The position numbers were made by a program, and so were the translations under genes. A stretch of 63,894 bases of DNA, the filler included, from Craspedostauros australis (lineage: Eukaryota), in assembly GCA_030167865.1 (NCBI GenBank). It is 5 parts of 5 records of this genome, joined end to end, with 100 filler letters (N's around TTAATTAATTAA, not from the genome) between each part and the next. Parts side by side here need not be neighbours in the genome. Positions count along the whole stretch, not along the records: positions 1 to 28,326 come from JALAGF010006551.1; positions 28,427 to 38,073 come from JALAGF010006554.1; 3 more parts are not named here. One strand, given 5' to 3'. Of the stretch, positions 22,248-35,178 are shown piece after piece; positions within the stretch are counted from its first letter, which is position 1, and each line of letters begins with the position of its first letter. The notes beneath the pieces are model-generated. The model was not told the origin of the DNA. It made no database searches and saw only the letters and a program-made list of their open reading frames with translations.

Positions 22248-23629
22248 ATGCGACAGCTGGTGATGCCACTCAAGGCTCCCGTGCGGAACGACCTCGTCGA
22301 GCCTCTGTCGAAGTGGCTGGACAAGGACGATCAGGTGACGTTCGATGATATCAACCCGTTGGAGCTCGTCGTGCCCAAGCCAGAGTTCAAGTCCGCCGCG
22401 TGCCTGTCCGATTTGAAAAGGCTGGCGGGGTTGCGCAACGACCTGTCGGAGGCCATGATGGATTCGCACAGCTCGGCCATGGAGGAGCACATGGCCGTGC
22501 GGGATTGCCGCGACTATCACGCCACTTTGCTCGAATTCGAGAAGAAGGGGTTTCCCACCATGGAGGATCCCTTCAGCGGCATCAACCTCGTGTGGAAAGG
22601 CGCATTCGCCAAGAAGCAGGAGGAGACGCACCATTCCTTGGTGTGGGACAGAGCCTGCACCATGTGGAACATCGCCGCGCTGGAGTCCTACCTCGTGTCC
22701 GTCGCCGATCTGACAACGAAGGAGGGATGCAAAGACGCCGTGAACCGCTGCCAAGATGGTGCCAGCATCCTCGCCATGCTGCGCGACCTCGCAAGTTCGG
22801 ATGATTACACCACCGTGGATCTGGCGCCTTCCATGATTACGTTCTGGGAGAAGTACCTGCTTGCGCGGGGACAATTCTGCATCTACAAGATGGCCAATTT
22901 GGGGGACACCGTGCGACAGCATTCGGTGCTATCCTACCTCGTGAAGGCGACCTTCGATCTTTACAATGATGCTTTGCAGGCAACGCAAGATCCACGACTG
23001 CAATCCGAAGTCCCGAAACAGGCAGAGCAATGGGGCGCCCATTGCAAGGCGCAGAGCATGATCGCATGCGCGAAAGCCGAATTTCATCAAGCCATAGGTA
23101 CGTGCGCCAATAATTCCTTCGTGTACGTGTTTGCATGCGCGGTGCGTTGCGCGTGTGCGTCTCAATGGTGATGTGGGAAGGCATGACAGTTTGCTTGATG
23201 GCAATGCGGCTTTCTCCTCCTCAACTCGTTCCACACTCGCTACCCCCAAGTACGTACGCCTCACGCCGTTTCCTCTCATTTCTACTCGGCTGTCCCATCA
23301 CGTAATGCAATGCAATGCAATGCACAACAGATTTTCGAATCAAGAAAGAAATGGGCAAAGAGATTTTTCGCCTGCAGATGTGCCTCAGCATGATCAGCGA
23401 GTGCTCCAATTTCATCGGCTCCGCGGGCTTGGCCATGCCCGAATTGCGCTCAATGCAACGATTGGCAAAGGACCGGCTGGCTGCGGCAGAGAAGGACAAT
23501 CACGACGTGTACATGGACACGATTCCTTCCAGGATGGACGAAATCAGATCCAGCAGGATCGTGAAGTCCAACCTCAATCTGCCCACCGACATGCTCGTTC
23601 CCAACACCGAGTTATTCCAGAGCGTGTAA
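22248..23629 (+). CDS. BRO1-domain protein (Brox/ALIX-like); 2 exons (22248-23097, 23331-23629)
   Basis: LVWKGAF, SLVWDRACTMWNIAAL and the C-terminal AEKDNHDVYMDTIP are BRO1 hallmarks. A GTACGT...ACAG intron (23098-23330) joins the frames. Confidence 0.8.
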
Positions 23630-23956
23630 TGAGTAGCGGCAAGAGTGAAGAGAGATAACATAGGACATGCTTTGATTTGTGATTGTACTTTATCGTTTTC
23701 AACAACAGTCAACTCTACTATTCTCTCATGTGGTTTTCTGGTGAAGTACTGGAGTTGCATCACCTGCAGCTGCTTCTCATTCTCTTCTTATGACATGCGC
23801 GTACATACGAGTGAAGCTGTTCCACAACGATGATTGCTCGTGTGCCTTGATGTTTGTAATCCATTACTTCATTTCACTCCACGAGTGTGTATGTTCGGAA
23901 TCTTCGGGTGATGGAATGCAACTCCCACCCGCGCTGGCAACGCCAGCTTGTTGCTG

Positions 23957-25660
23957 TCATCGTTGCAGAAATAAAATGACGCTAACGCCCGCCAATGGGA
24001 GGATGAGGTTGTCCACCTGCGTACTGAAAGCCTCCAGGACGGTGACGATGGATGTCGCAACAAGGACGATGCGATACTGCTCCCAACGCTCGTCCACAAC
24101 ACAAAAGAGCGCAACCCATACCATGCTGCACCACATCGCGGCGGATCCCTCCAACGTGCGTCGGTTACGACCCCATCGATGCTTCCCGAACATCGAACCG
24201 ATCACAGCACCGAACGAATCGCCAACTCCCAAGCACAGGATTCCCCACAGCTGCAGCAAGTGCAATTGGCCCAAGAGTTCTGAGTTCCCGACTTCGTCTG
24301 ACCGTGAGAGTCCCCGCGATTGTGCTGTTCCATCGGCATGAACGCATTCCGAGATCCATAACGGGATCGCGCAGCCAAATACAAGCGCAATGTGCGACAC
24401 CAGCACTCCATCGCTTGCATCCTTGGAGGTGTCCAGGTACCGATCGAAGAATGCTTGGATTTGCGGTATGTCACGTCTCACTTCTTCCACAGCGACCAGA
24501 ACGGCGATAGCGATGGCGTAGGACAGACTGAGCGTTTGCGGGAAGCAGTAGGTGGTTGGTGCGAATAGAAGGATGGCAATCAGATGGAACCATTTGCGTC
24601 TCACCGTGATGGAAGTTCTGCCGGCTGCTGCTTGCAGAGATGTGACGCATATCGATGAGACGATCAGCACGATGCTCCAGTAGATGATGGCAGAGTACCG
24701 GGGCATGTTGAATGCATCATCCCGCAACAAGAAATCGATTAGCCACGATATCGATTTCAATTCCAATTCCCAGCTCTGTTGAATATCACCTTCGGTTGCT
24801 GTTGACGTGAAGGGCACGGGCACTGACATGGAATTCGGCATGCCATCACTTGTGCCTTGACTTCCGACGAGCCGAGACTGCTGCAGCCTGATGACAGATT
24901 CGAGAAGAGCGAATGTCCCTGCAACAATCATTGCCATTCGCACTATCGGATTGTATGCCCGCAGAAACCGATAACTGAAGAATGTGAAGCAACAGCATCC
25001 AATCAAACCCGTGCTGGATATGGTGTGCCGCATCTCCGTACGGTAGCCGCGAATGCAAGGCTGCAGAATCATGGTGAAGAACCATTCCGTTGCGACGATG
25101 CATGCTCCTGTCGCCAGTATCCGATGTTGCGTGGCGTCCGAAGAGCTGCGCTGACGTTCGTTTTTGTGCATCCCTCTCAATGTTGCGTCGGTGGTGCGCG
25201 GACGATTCACGTAGTGCAGGCCACAAAGGATGACAGCGATCCTCCCAATGTGCATCGCGTTCATCTCGCCGCTTTCCTCGTTGGTAGTTTTATGATTCAT
25301 CACGATAATGATGATGAAGCCCACGATTCCAATCCATCGCGTGGCCTCGGAACACTCTGTCGCAAAGAGAGTTGCGAGGGCTGCGTAGGAGGACCATTGC
25401 GCTCCACCTCCACGGTGTCCCACGGCCTCCAAGACGACGGGCAGCAGCACCAGTTCCGCCAATCGACTGTCGGATGATCCGGCATCAGCACGCTGCTGTA
25501 TGACGAGCGATAGCAGTCGCAGAGCTGCTCGCAGTTTGTTACCGCAACAGGAGATGGCTGCGAGGCCCCACCAGGCGAACGTGCCAGCGTTTGCGAAGAT
25601 GACCTTGTTCATGGTGCGGCGCCCGATGGAACGGTGGTCACCAGCGCATGCTATGGGCAT
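23957..25660 (-). CDS. DOLK: Dolichol kinase (polyprenol kinase family)
   Basis: Multi-TM protein with RRKWFHL, LGVGDSFGAVIGSMFGKHRW...RTLEGS and EAFSTQVDNLILPL. The start codon is uncertain (25660 or 25612). Confidence 0.85.
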   Translation of the reverse strand: MPIACAGDHRSIGRRTMNKVIFANAGTFAWWGLAAISCCGNKLRAALRLLSLVIQQRADAGSSDSRLAELVLLPVVLEAVGHRGGGAQWSSYAALATLFATECSEATRWIGIVGFIIIIVMNHKTTNEESGEMNAMHIGRIAVILCGLHYVNRPRTTDATLRGMHKNERQRSSSDATQHRILATGACIVATEWFFTMILQPCIRGYRTEMRHTISSTGLIGCCCFTFFSYRFLRAYNPIVRMAMIVAGTFALLESVIRLQQSRLVGSQGTSDGMPNSMSVPVPFTSTATEGDIQQSWELELKSISWLIDFLLRDDAFNMPRYSAIIYWSIVLIVSSICVTSLQAAAGRTSITVRRKWFHLIAILLFAPTTYCFPQTLSLSYAIAIAVLVAVEEVRRDIPQIQAFFDRYLDTSKDASDGVLVSHIALVFGCAIPLWISECVHADGTAQSRGLSRSDEVGNSELLGQLHLLQLWGILCLGVGDSFGAVIGSMFGKHRWGRNRRTLEGSAAMWCSMVWVALFCVVDERWEQYRIVLVATSIVTVLEAFSTQVDNLILPLAGVSVILFLQR

Positions 25661-26367
25661 TCAATGAACAGAAAGAGAGAGAATGAGTGACTGAATGAAT
25701 GAATGAAGTGAAACGTGGTGTGGTTGGAGTGGAAGCCGGAGTGTTCGCGATGTCCCGTTCTTGTGTTTGTGCTTAGTTGTTGGATCTTTGCCAACGAACT
25801 TCGCGTTTGGTCTGTCCAGAACCCAGAAATCATCGAAGCGAACTGGCACCCGACCCCAGCCATCAACAAGCCACTTCATGATCATGTTGAAGGTAGAGGT
25901 CGATCTGGCTTGTACTCCTATCCGTTCAGTGGACCTGCCACAGAGCACAATGACGATCAGATTCAATGATCTGTATTGAACGCCTGAATACTCTGAGTAG
26001 TAGTGGTACGTTGTTTATTTTTGGCTGTTTATTGTTCTGCGTAATGTCTGAGCTGCAGTGTCATGGTCAATCACGACGTGACCGATATAACAGACTCAGT
26101 GTCATTTGTGGTGGCAGGGCTTTCGATTGCTGGGATGATGGAATGGATCAGCAATATCCATCTTGCATCAAGCATCAAGTGATTTCCATACTCATGGTGT
26201 ACGAGTAATTGCCTATTCTCATGCGTCGCATCCGTGACAATTCGCTATTGTTCACAATGAATCGAGCTGGTGAAGTTGCGGCGCCGTGCTGGAATGCCTC
26301 GAGCTGAATGAGAGTAAGGACGGCTGATTGGCTGGTGGGGGATTCGTTCTTGGCAAGGCAAAAGTGT

Positions 26368-26931
26368 TTAGTTGCCCTTGCCCTGTGGGATGTGGTAGTT
26401 ACTGCGGTTGGTGCGATGGGCCTGCGCGGATCCGTCGGCTTCATCGGTGGTGATGATCTTGGACATCTCGCGTGCTGTTCCGGCTCCGACCTGCTCGACC
26501 TTCTGGAGTTCCTTCGCGAGCTTGAAGTCGGCGATCTGCTGAGGGGTGGCGCCCTGGAGCATCTCCTCGCTCTTGCCGCCTGGTGGGAGGTAGTCATCGT
26601 GCTTGACGTAGGCGTTTTCTGTGGTGTAGTCAGCTGGGACGGAGAGCATGCCCTGGTCCTTGTCACGGACAGCCGCCAATCTGGAGAAGGTTCCGGATCT
26701 CGCGGTACGGTTGGTGCTGGCGGCGACCGCCTGCTCGTGCTTCTTCTTGTTGGAATCGAAGGCAACCGCATTCTCCTGCTGCTGGAGGGCGATGGCGAGG
26801 CGGTGGTCGCGGTCCTCCTGGCTGAGGTTTGGGTCATCGAGTCCGGCTGGCATCTTGACGGTGTTGGCGCCCTTGGACTCGCCGCCCATCATGACGTAGT
26901 CGCCCTCTGGCGTTTTGCTTTCCTGAGACAT
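26368..26931 (-). CDS. Small hypothetical protein with two MIU-like ubiquitin-binding helices
   Basis: 187-aa ORF with strong codon bias; contains DHRLAIALQQQE and DFKLAKELQKVE. Confidence 0.7.
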   Translation of the reverse strand: MSQESKTPEGDYVMMGGESKGANTVKMPAGLDDPNLSQEDRDHRLAIALQQQENAVAFDSNKKKHEQAVAASTNRTARSGTFSRLAAVRDKDQGMLSVPADYTTENAYVKHDDYLPPGGKSEEMLQGATPQQIADFKLAKELQKVEQVGAGTAREMSKIITTDEADGSAQAHRTNRSNYHIPQGKGN

Positions 26932-28326
26932 GGTTTCTGGTGGTGGTGGAGTTTGCTGTTGGAAGTTGAGGTTTCCCTTTGTTTCTTATTCAATTGGTTC
27001 TGTGTTGAGATGGTCTGCAATGCGACACCGAAGGTATGAACGAATGCGTTGATAATGTGAAAGAAAGCGATGATGATGACGACGACGATGATGGGCAAGC
27101 ATAAATTGTGAGAGGCGAAGAATTCAGAGATTGAACCAAAAGATGGAACAAGCGAGTGGCAATGACAATCGCTGTGGAAGTGGCGGTGCTTGCATGTCGC
27201 TTCCTGCCCTCGTTTCTTTCGTTCATGAGAAACGTTGCCATGGCGCATCCGAATCGTGCCGCGTGTGCGTTGAATGGCCTTGGGCATGCGTTCCTTCGAC
27301 CCAACCCAACTCGTTTCCTTCCGAACCACGTGATCAGCGCTCTGTCTCTCGTTTCATCCTTCTTCGAAATGCACGGTATCTTGCTCTCAATGATGGCATC
27401 CACCACCGCATCATCATGGACAGGACCACGAAACGTCACCAGCACCATGACCTTGTCATTGAGGATGGCCTTCCGCACGCCACCACTCATGACATTGCCA
27501 AATCCACATCGTGGATCGTCACGATTCATCAACTTCGCCACAATTTCCCAACGGTCGAAAAGCGCCATTGTTGCATTGACAGTGTTCGTTGCATCATGTT
27601 GGTGCCTCATTCTCCACGTTGCGAAGAACTGCGGAATCAAATCCAGTGCCATCTTCGCAACGCCACCACAGCGTTGCCATCTCAGCCTCCAAAATACAGC
27701 AGCCGCCATTGCCGTGGTCTTGATCATGATCATAGTCATACCCGAACGCCAACGATTCCAACCCACCTCCGCACAAAAGTTTGACACCAACGAGTTGTCG
27801 TCCCAATTGTCATCGACACCAACACCAAGACCGGCAACACCCTCCACTACTGTTGTCATTCGGTTCTGTTTCACACACCCTTTTTGTTCTTGTCATCGAC
27901 GCGGTTTCGCCCGCTTTGGAATCAGCTTTGCCTCCGGTAAATTATTTGTATTCAAGGCTTGATACAAATTAATGCTCAACGCATGCACTGGCGCGTATGA
28001 TCGGCTTCTCTGCATTCAAAACCAGAAGGCGACGGTTTGGTCGGTCGAGTCGGCTACATCCACAGCTCGTGAATCAATCGCATTGCTGGACTGGAAGGAT
28101 GGAATGTTGTGGCGCTCCATAGAATACACGTTGGAGCTAGACGTGTTTCCACAGATACTGGTGTGGGCAATGGGCAATGGCGATGAAACGTTTCATCATG
28201 GAATACTCGTTTCTGCGCCTGCAATCCTGAATCCCCACATTCCATAAGACCCGGTTACTCTAGGAAGCGTGCATCTGAGCCGTAATGACTTTTATGACCT
28301 ATCTGAAACTTTGCACACAGATAGAC

Positions 28327-28426
28327 NNNNNNNNNNNNNNNNNNNNNNNNNNNNNNNNNNNNNNNNNNNNTTAATTAATTAANNNNNNNNNNNNNNNNNN
28401 NNNNNNNNNNNNNNNNNNNNNNNNNN
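28327..28426. other. Artificial assembly linker (N44-TTAATTAATTAA-N44); identical linkers at 38074-38173, 58249-58348 and 61848-61947
   Basis: The same 100-nt construct, with stops in all six frames, occurs four times. Confidence 0.97.
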
Positions 28427-30310
28427 AGGGCTATCGATGTGTGAAGTTTAAGAGGCAGCAATTTGGAATCATCGGGGAATATCCATCGATCCTGTTGAAC
28501 CCGGGTCATAGTCGCACGCATACATGACCAGTAAGACCCACGTCAGCCAATGACCGTACGACCACGGCAGGATTTTGAAAAAATGGGCTCCTATAGAGAC
28601 TATAATTCAACCATGTATAATTCAACACATTGGTAATAAGGTAAAGGTGCTATACAGTGAGTCCGGGCCTTGGATATAAAGTTATGAGGTCATGAAAATG
28701 GCCAAGCTATCTCTAATAGGGCCTTTGTGAGTGCGTTTTTCGCGTTGTTCCTCGTCTTGTGAGTTTTCGTCAATGAGACTGATTCGGTACATTTCTGGTT
28801 GGTTCACGGATCCGAGACCCTCTCGAACTCGATTTTGGGCCAAACATTCGTGAATGAAACGTACTCACGGGCAGACGACATAATTTCACGACACACTCAA
28901 CGTGGTGACACAAAGCTGCCACCGTGCACAACTGCTCCAAGCGCTTCAGCTGCTCTTCCAACGCTCATCTTTGTGTGGGTTGGCTCAATATATTGCATGG
29001 GGGAGGAATAACCGCTCATGCACGAGTGGTGGTCCAGTCCATGCCCTACTCAAAGAGCAAGGCGATGATGGAGAGTGGCGTTGTGCCTTATGCCGGCGGA
29101 CGATTGATGTTCATACGATTGCTAATGATAATGAATGTTGTTGTTGATGATGTAAGATCAAAAATNNNNNNNNNNNNNNNNNNNNNNNNNNNNNNNNNNN
29201 NNNNNNNNNNNNNNNATTACTTGAGCTATCTCTCTCCCTTCTGCAGTCTGCACCTCTTGTCAATCGTATTCATGCATTTCGAGATCATGTTGTTTGTGCA
29301 TTATCCCAAACCTGCGCCACTCTCTGTTAGACTTCTTGTTTTGGATGGAGGTCAGGGTTTGGATGGCGATATCCCTTTTCATATGCAAATATTTTTACGA
29401 TTGAATCTTGACCAATCATTCNNNNNNNNNNNNNNNNNNNNNNNNNNNNNNNNNNNNNNNNNNNNNNNNNNNNNNNNNNNNNNNNNNNNNNNNNNNNNNN
29501 NNNNNNNNNNNNNNNNNNNNNNNNNNNNNNNNNNNNNNNNNNNNNNNNNNNNNNNNNNNNNNNNNNNNNNNNNNNNNNNNNNNNNNNNTGACTTATTGAT
29601 GACTAGTATCTATTGTGCACAAGTCTAGGTCTTGTGTCACCAATAGTCTATCTAGCCTGCCGTCTAGGGCACGTTGGCATTATCACCCCAGTGGATCACC
29701 GTGTTGGACTGTCGGGAATGCCCTCGTTCACATTGTACGATCCCAGTGGTTCAATCCAACCCTTGTTGAAGAAACTGTCTCCAGTCTCTGAAGTGGATCA
29801 TTTTTGAAGCATACAATGAGATGCAGTCTGCTGGGGAAGAAGCAATCGCGGAGCCCATCCGGTCGTCATCAATCCAAAGCGAGAGTGATCATTTCGAATA
29901 TCGGCTCGCGCAACTCCCAAAACGTCCTTCTTCATGTATGGCAAAATTGTACGTAATTTTTACTACTGAGCTATGTGAACGTTTCAATTTCAAATTCGAA
30001 ATTTCGAGATGGCTCTCGTTTTTGTCATTGACATTTGTTGAATGTCATCATCAAAACTACTTGTCCAATCATTTCGTCTCATCATCATGACGTGTGCATG
30101 CTGGTAGACGGACAGGCAGCACCTGGTTTTCGCAAAGCCGCAAAACTCCACAACTTCGACGAATCGTTTGGCAAGAGGTGTTGAGTGCACCAACGGATTC
30201 GCCCCAATAACACCGTCAGTAACAGAAATAAGAACAACAACCACAAATACATCCACCACAGGAAGTCAACCAGGTCCACAGGTCAACATTGTCACCAACA
30301 ACGACGCCAT

Positions 30311-33300
30311 AATAATAACTCAGAGATTTCGTTACGTGCCACTACGGGCTTTACCCTCGCCTAGGCGGGCCCCGCTAGGACCCGCGGTCGAGCGAGCTGT
30401 CGAAATCGCGGTTAAGGCCGGGTGAGCCACGCGGCCATGAGCGAGCGTTCCTGTTGCATGGACTGCTGCCGCTGTCTGGCCCGTGCGTCCCGCCTGACCT
30501 TTTGCGCCAGTTCGATCCATTGTTTGACTTGTTGTTGAGAGCCTGTGTCTGCCACCACTCCTCGCTGAAGTATCTGCGCTTCTCGCAGTGTGAGGTCGGG
30601 GGGTTGAAAGGAGCGAAGTCGCCTCGCGAATTCTCGCGTGCGCGCTGCCTCGGAGCCTGGCTCTTCATGCTTTTTGTAGTTCCTCGCGGTCCAGACAGAC
30701 CAGGGAATCTTCCAGATGTGGCGTATCACGTCCGCTGCCCAAGCTTCCGCCGTGCGGTGCTTCGACAAGTTGTCTTTCATCCAAGCTTCTTGCTGCATCC
30801 TCCAGTCGACATGTAGGAACCCCTGCAGCAGCGGGAGCCACCCCACCGCTCGCTGCGATCCTGCCGGCTTGATCTTCCTCCTCCACCTTCGCATGCCTTG
30901 GCGCATGCCTCCCACCACACGGGGCATGTGCCCACTGCGACCATGTAGTCCAGCAACTCCGTCACTGACTCTTCCCACGCTTCCTCATACTCACCACAAG
31001 TAAGAAGATGCGTCACTGTTTCCTCCTGTCGGCAGCTCGGGCACTCGGAGCTCTCCTGCTGCCCTGCCTGCTTCATCTTGCGCCCTACCGCCATAAACCC
31101 AGTCGAGAGCTTGGTCACAAACTTGACGCTGTCACGGGCTGCAGAGGACTTGCGCGCCTTGGAGTACGACGCCCAGTTCACCTGGGAAAGGACTTCGCTG
31201 CTCCACCCGTGCTTGGCCTGCCAATATGCGTCGATATCCTGTTGCTGCGCCACCGACTCCATTGCAACGGAGTCGAGGTGGGAGTAGGGGTGGCCGGACC
31301 ATCCGATCCTCCACACATCGGCGGACATAGTCCACTTGTCGATAGCCGGGAGCAGGGAGGCCATGTCCCAGTGTCGTTTCGCTGCTGTGTCAGCGCGGAT
31401 GTTGAGCCTCGCCCAGATGTCGAGTGACGATGCGGAGTTGTCCTGGTGGCCTTTCACCCACTTCCACTTCAGGGAGCACTGAATTTTGCTCTTGACATGC
31501 TCGATCTCCGCGAACAGGTCCCAGTCCCTTTGCGTGGGACGGGGGCTGCCGTCCCTAGCCTGGATGAGTGCTTGCTTCCCGTCAAGAGCCAGGGTCACCG
31601 ATGGAATAGTCACCTCGTGCTCGAGCCAGAAGATATGAATGAGGAGGCCAGTATGCCCATGAGCTCGCTGCGGTAGGAGCTCTGCATCGCTGGGACTCCG
31701 GGCACCGTAGCCAAGACCACCACCGACTTCTCGGATTGGGTGTCGTAGATAATCGAGGCGGATGTGCCACACCCTGCTTTGAAAGACCCGTCGCTCACCG
31801 CTATCAGAGTGCCGTTGGTGGACGCCTGGTGGGCATCACGGCAGGTGAGATTGCCTTCTGTGCTCTGGGTATACGGAAACTGCTCAGGCTCGTGGAAAGG
31901 GATGTCATCGTAGGGCAGTTGGTCGCCCTTGCTACCTTCCCATGTCACGTGGTTGTCCCGCCGGGTGACCGAGACGCGTACAACATCGTCGGGCACTGGG
32001 ATAGAGACCGACGCCGGGTGATACCTACTCGCTGCGTCTTCCGTTGGCCTCGCATCCGGCGATAGGCGATGACTGACGACGTGCGGATCTCGAAGATTGT
32101 GTCGGTAGGTTGGTGCCGCCACCATCTCCACTGGTGCTCGTCGATATGCCACGGTCCCAAGGGTTGCGCGAGAGTCCTGCCTGCCCGAACCAGTCGGTTG
32201 CAGAACTGCCGCCACTCTGCCCACCAACTGGCCGGCAATCGCGATGGGAGCTGAGTCCAAGACGTGCGCAGCGTGGACGCCTCGTGGCCATGCCACGCCT
32301 CGGGGGTGATCTCGGAACCGCACGCTGAGGCGATGTCGGAGACAAACACTGCCCCCAACATCTGGCGGCACATGTTGATGCGCCGGAAGCGCTGCCCATG
32401 ATAACCAAGGCTCAAAGCAATTTCGGTGAGGGTTCGATCGCCCTCACGCTGGGGCACGAATGCCGGAGTGCGCTCCTGGACGTGAAACCCTGCTTCCTGC
32501 AGATGCCCCCAAAGATTGGAGATCCAGCATGGAGTGATGGCATCCTGGATAAGATGGTGGGATTGGTCGAACAGAGAGCCCGAAACCCCTATCTCGTCCT
32601 TGATCGCCGCTATCGAAAGTTCGATCATCCTTCCTGTCGGAGAGGAGGCATGCACTTCCTGAAACATGGCCTGTATCTGTCGCACCACTTGACGCCGCCA
32701 TGGGTGCGGGATACCGAGACCTCTGCCTGCAACTGGAGCGTACAGCACCGTCCTGGGGAAGGTGCGCATCAGCCCTATTTTTGGTAGCGCCGCCTGCAGA
32801 GCCGGGGCCATGATGTGACGCCATTGCTCCTGGGTTAGCTGCGTGGCAGCCATCACGTATTCCACGGACTTCATGAAACGCAGGACCAAGGCTGTTCTGG
32901 CCTCGCTCGGAGTGATGTTCGCCACTCGGATCTTCTCGGCAAACGCCTCGGACTTCTGGCGGAGGGTTGTCACCTGAACCGTGTTGTCCCCGTTGAGCGA
33001 TATGGCCACTCCCAGCGTTTCGACCTGGTCGGTGTGGCACTTGCGCGGAATGATCGAAGCGCTGCCGCCTTTGTTGGAAACGTGAATCTGGCACTTAGTG
33101 TGCGAATCTTCTGCCCACCATTGCCCCGCCTCGAAGGAGAACTGGATCGCCCACCATGCCGACTTACTAGGCATGATGGCCCCGCCAGTAGCCGCCAGCA
33201 GGCCGTTCCAATCTTCGATCATGTTCTGAAAGCCTCCGAATCCGTCTGAGGCCGTTTCGCCCGCAGAGATACGGATGAGGTTGGTGTCATCGACGAAAGC

Positions 33301-34137
33301 CGATCCCAGGAGTTTCACTGAGGACCGGCTCAAGGGGCCGCGGAAGGTAGACTCGTGTCCTCGTGCCTGCATGGCTCGGAACATCACAGAGCTGATCACT
33401 GCTCAAATTGCAGGTCCCGCCCCGTTACCTTGCCCGATACTGTGCATGATACATTCGTGGTCTTTCTTGTAGCTGGCAATCGAAACTCCATGCGCCGTGC
33501 TGACATAGTGCTCTGCTTTCTGCAAAGTGCCAAACATGCTGCGCACCGCACTCGGGTTGGCGCCTCCCGCCATCATCGCCGCTGCCGCGAAGTTTGGCAC
33601 GATCCTGTCGTAACAGGACTTGGCGTCGTTCGAACAGAAGAAGACTGGGGCCTTTTTCTGGTACGCGATGTCGAGCGAAAGTCGTTTGTTGAGAGCTGCA
33701 ACTATCGCCGACATCCCCTTTCGGCTGCCGAATTGATACTCCGACAACCATCCAGCGGATTCCGCTGTGGCCATCATGTCGCGGCCTAGGCGTTTGTTGT
33801 TGAGGTTGAATTGGGCGTCCATGAGTTGGATCGTCCGCATCTTTTCGATGTTGTACACCTGCGCCTTCTTCAAAATCTGTACATCCGTGATCCTTCGCCA
33901 CTCCTTCGGGGATGCTGCACACTGGTATGGAATCTCCTGCAGCTGCATGTCCACGGTGGCGAGGGAGGCGTTTTGGGAGGCTGCCTTGTAGTGGCCGAAG
34001 TGTGGGTTGGCTGGCTCGGAGCTGACTCTTTCCGTTTGCTTCTTCCATGCCTCCACGTGATCATCTACCGAAAGCAGATCCAGGGGGCATGAGATGGGGT
34101 GCAGCGCATTCAAGAGCGCCACCAGCATCTCATCGAA
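30311..34137 (-). mobile_element. 5'-truncated, inactivated non-LTR retrotransposon (RT + RNase H + CCHC), Ambal-like
   Basis: RT motifs CSNDAKSCYDRI, QGNGAGP and AFVDDT. RNase H motifs IAVSDGSF, SSYRSELMG, KWVKGHQD and LNIRADTAAK. CCHC motif CPSC...HLLTC. One in-frame stop (33403-33405) and about three frameshifts. (TTA)n tail and a 15-bp TSD CAACAACGACGCCAT at 30296-30310 and 34138-34152. Confidence 0.88.
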
Positions 34138-34299
34138 CAACAACGACGCCATTGTGGCCATCGACCATATGCTCAATGTGTGCTGAGTAGAGGAACACTG
34201 CGCAGTTTGGTATCGACAGCGTTGTCAACGACCATGAGACACTGTCATGGCATGAACACACCAGTGAAGCCATCCACCAAACTACTCCACTAATGCATG

Positions 34300-34700
34300 C
34301 CACAGCATCATCAGCGGGCTTCTCTTCTCAAGTGGCCTATCGCCGCAATACATGCAATGCTGTATGGCATTCCATGTATTTGAAGAAGCGACTATGGCAC
34401 TCGCCAGTTGCCACACGCCACATGAGGCCTACCATGGTAGATTTTCCGATCTTGTACACCTACGGGCTCTTGGCTCCAGGATGTTTGCGCGCAAACCTGG
34501 ACAGCCAAGGGCAAAGCTGCATCGGCACTCCTGTGATGGCGTTTTCCTGGGATACACTGCTACAGCGTCCAACATTGAGTAGAACGACGTATCCATGGGC
34601 CAAGTGAAAACAACGGCCCATTTCACCATTGACAAGGCTCACTACAACGCTCAGGAGCGATTGCCAGGGCCGCAGCTCCTGTACAACCTTGTCCTTCAGG
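34300..34700 (+). pseudogene. Ty1/copia integrase C-terminal relic
   Basis: TPHEAYHGRFSDLVHLRALGSRMFARKPGQPRAKLHRHSCDGVFLGYTATASNI, then VKTTAHFTIDKAHY; interrupted by stops and frameshifts. Confidence 0.7.
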
Positions 34701-35093
34701 AACATCAACCCGATGCAGTTTCCATCCCAGCTGTGCTTCCTATCTTGCAACGCGAGCTCCGTCCTGTGACTGCGTCAAGATTGCAGCGCGCATGCCTTTG
34801 CCACTTGGAGAGCTTGCAAACATCCCCACGCATGCGTCAGCGGCCATCCTGCATACAACTGTCCCTTCTGATCCAGATTCAGTCCTGGGGTCCATTTCAT
34901 CAGTGATCCGTTCGGCGCGAGTTTCCGATGGACCGTGTCCCTTTCCGGGAGCAATGACACCCTTGGGCTTGACCTCAAGATGGACGACATTGTTGGAATG
35001 TGTGTACTCGGATGTGTATGCATCAGTCACACTTGCGTGCCATCAAGAATATTTGATGGTGGAATCACGACCCAAAACTAATGACATCACAAC

Positions 35094-35178
35094 GATACCA
35101 CCATGATACCACAAGGATACTACAATGCTACAATGCCAGGATACCACAATACCAGCGGATACCACAGTATCCACCACA
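35094..35178. repeat. Degenerate short tandem repeat (GATACCAC-based)
   Basis: About five GATAC(C/T)AC copies with irregular spacing. Confidence 0.5.

Noticed and set aside
26990..27962. Overlapping 217-294 aa ORFs on both strands
   Set aside because: No recognisable motif or clear coding bias, so no gene could be supported.
28371..28382. Recurrent TTAATTAATTAA palindrome as a biological site
   Set aside because: It is always centred in N runs of identical length, so it is an artificial linker.
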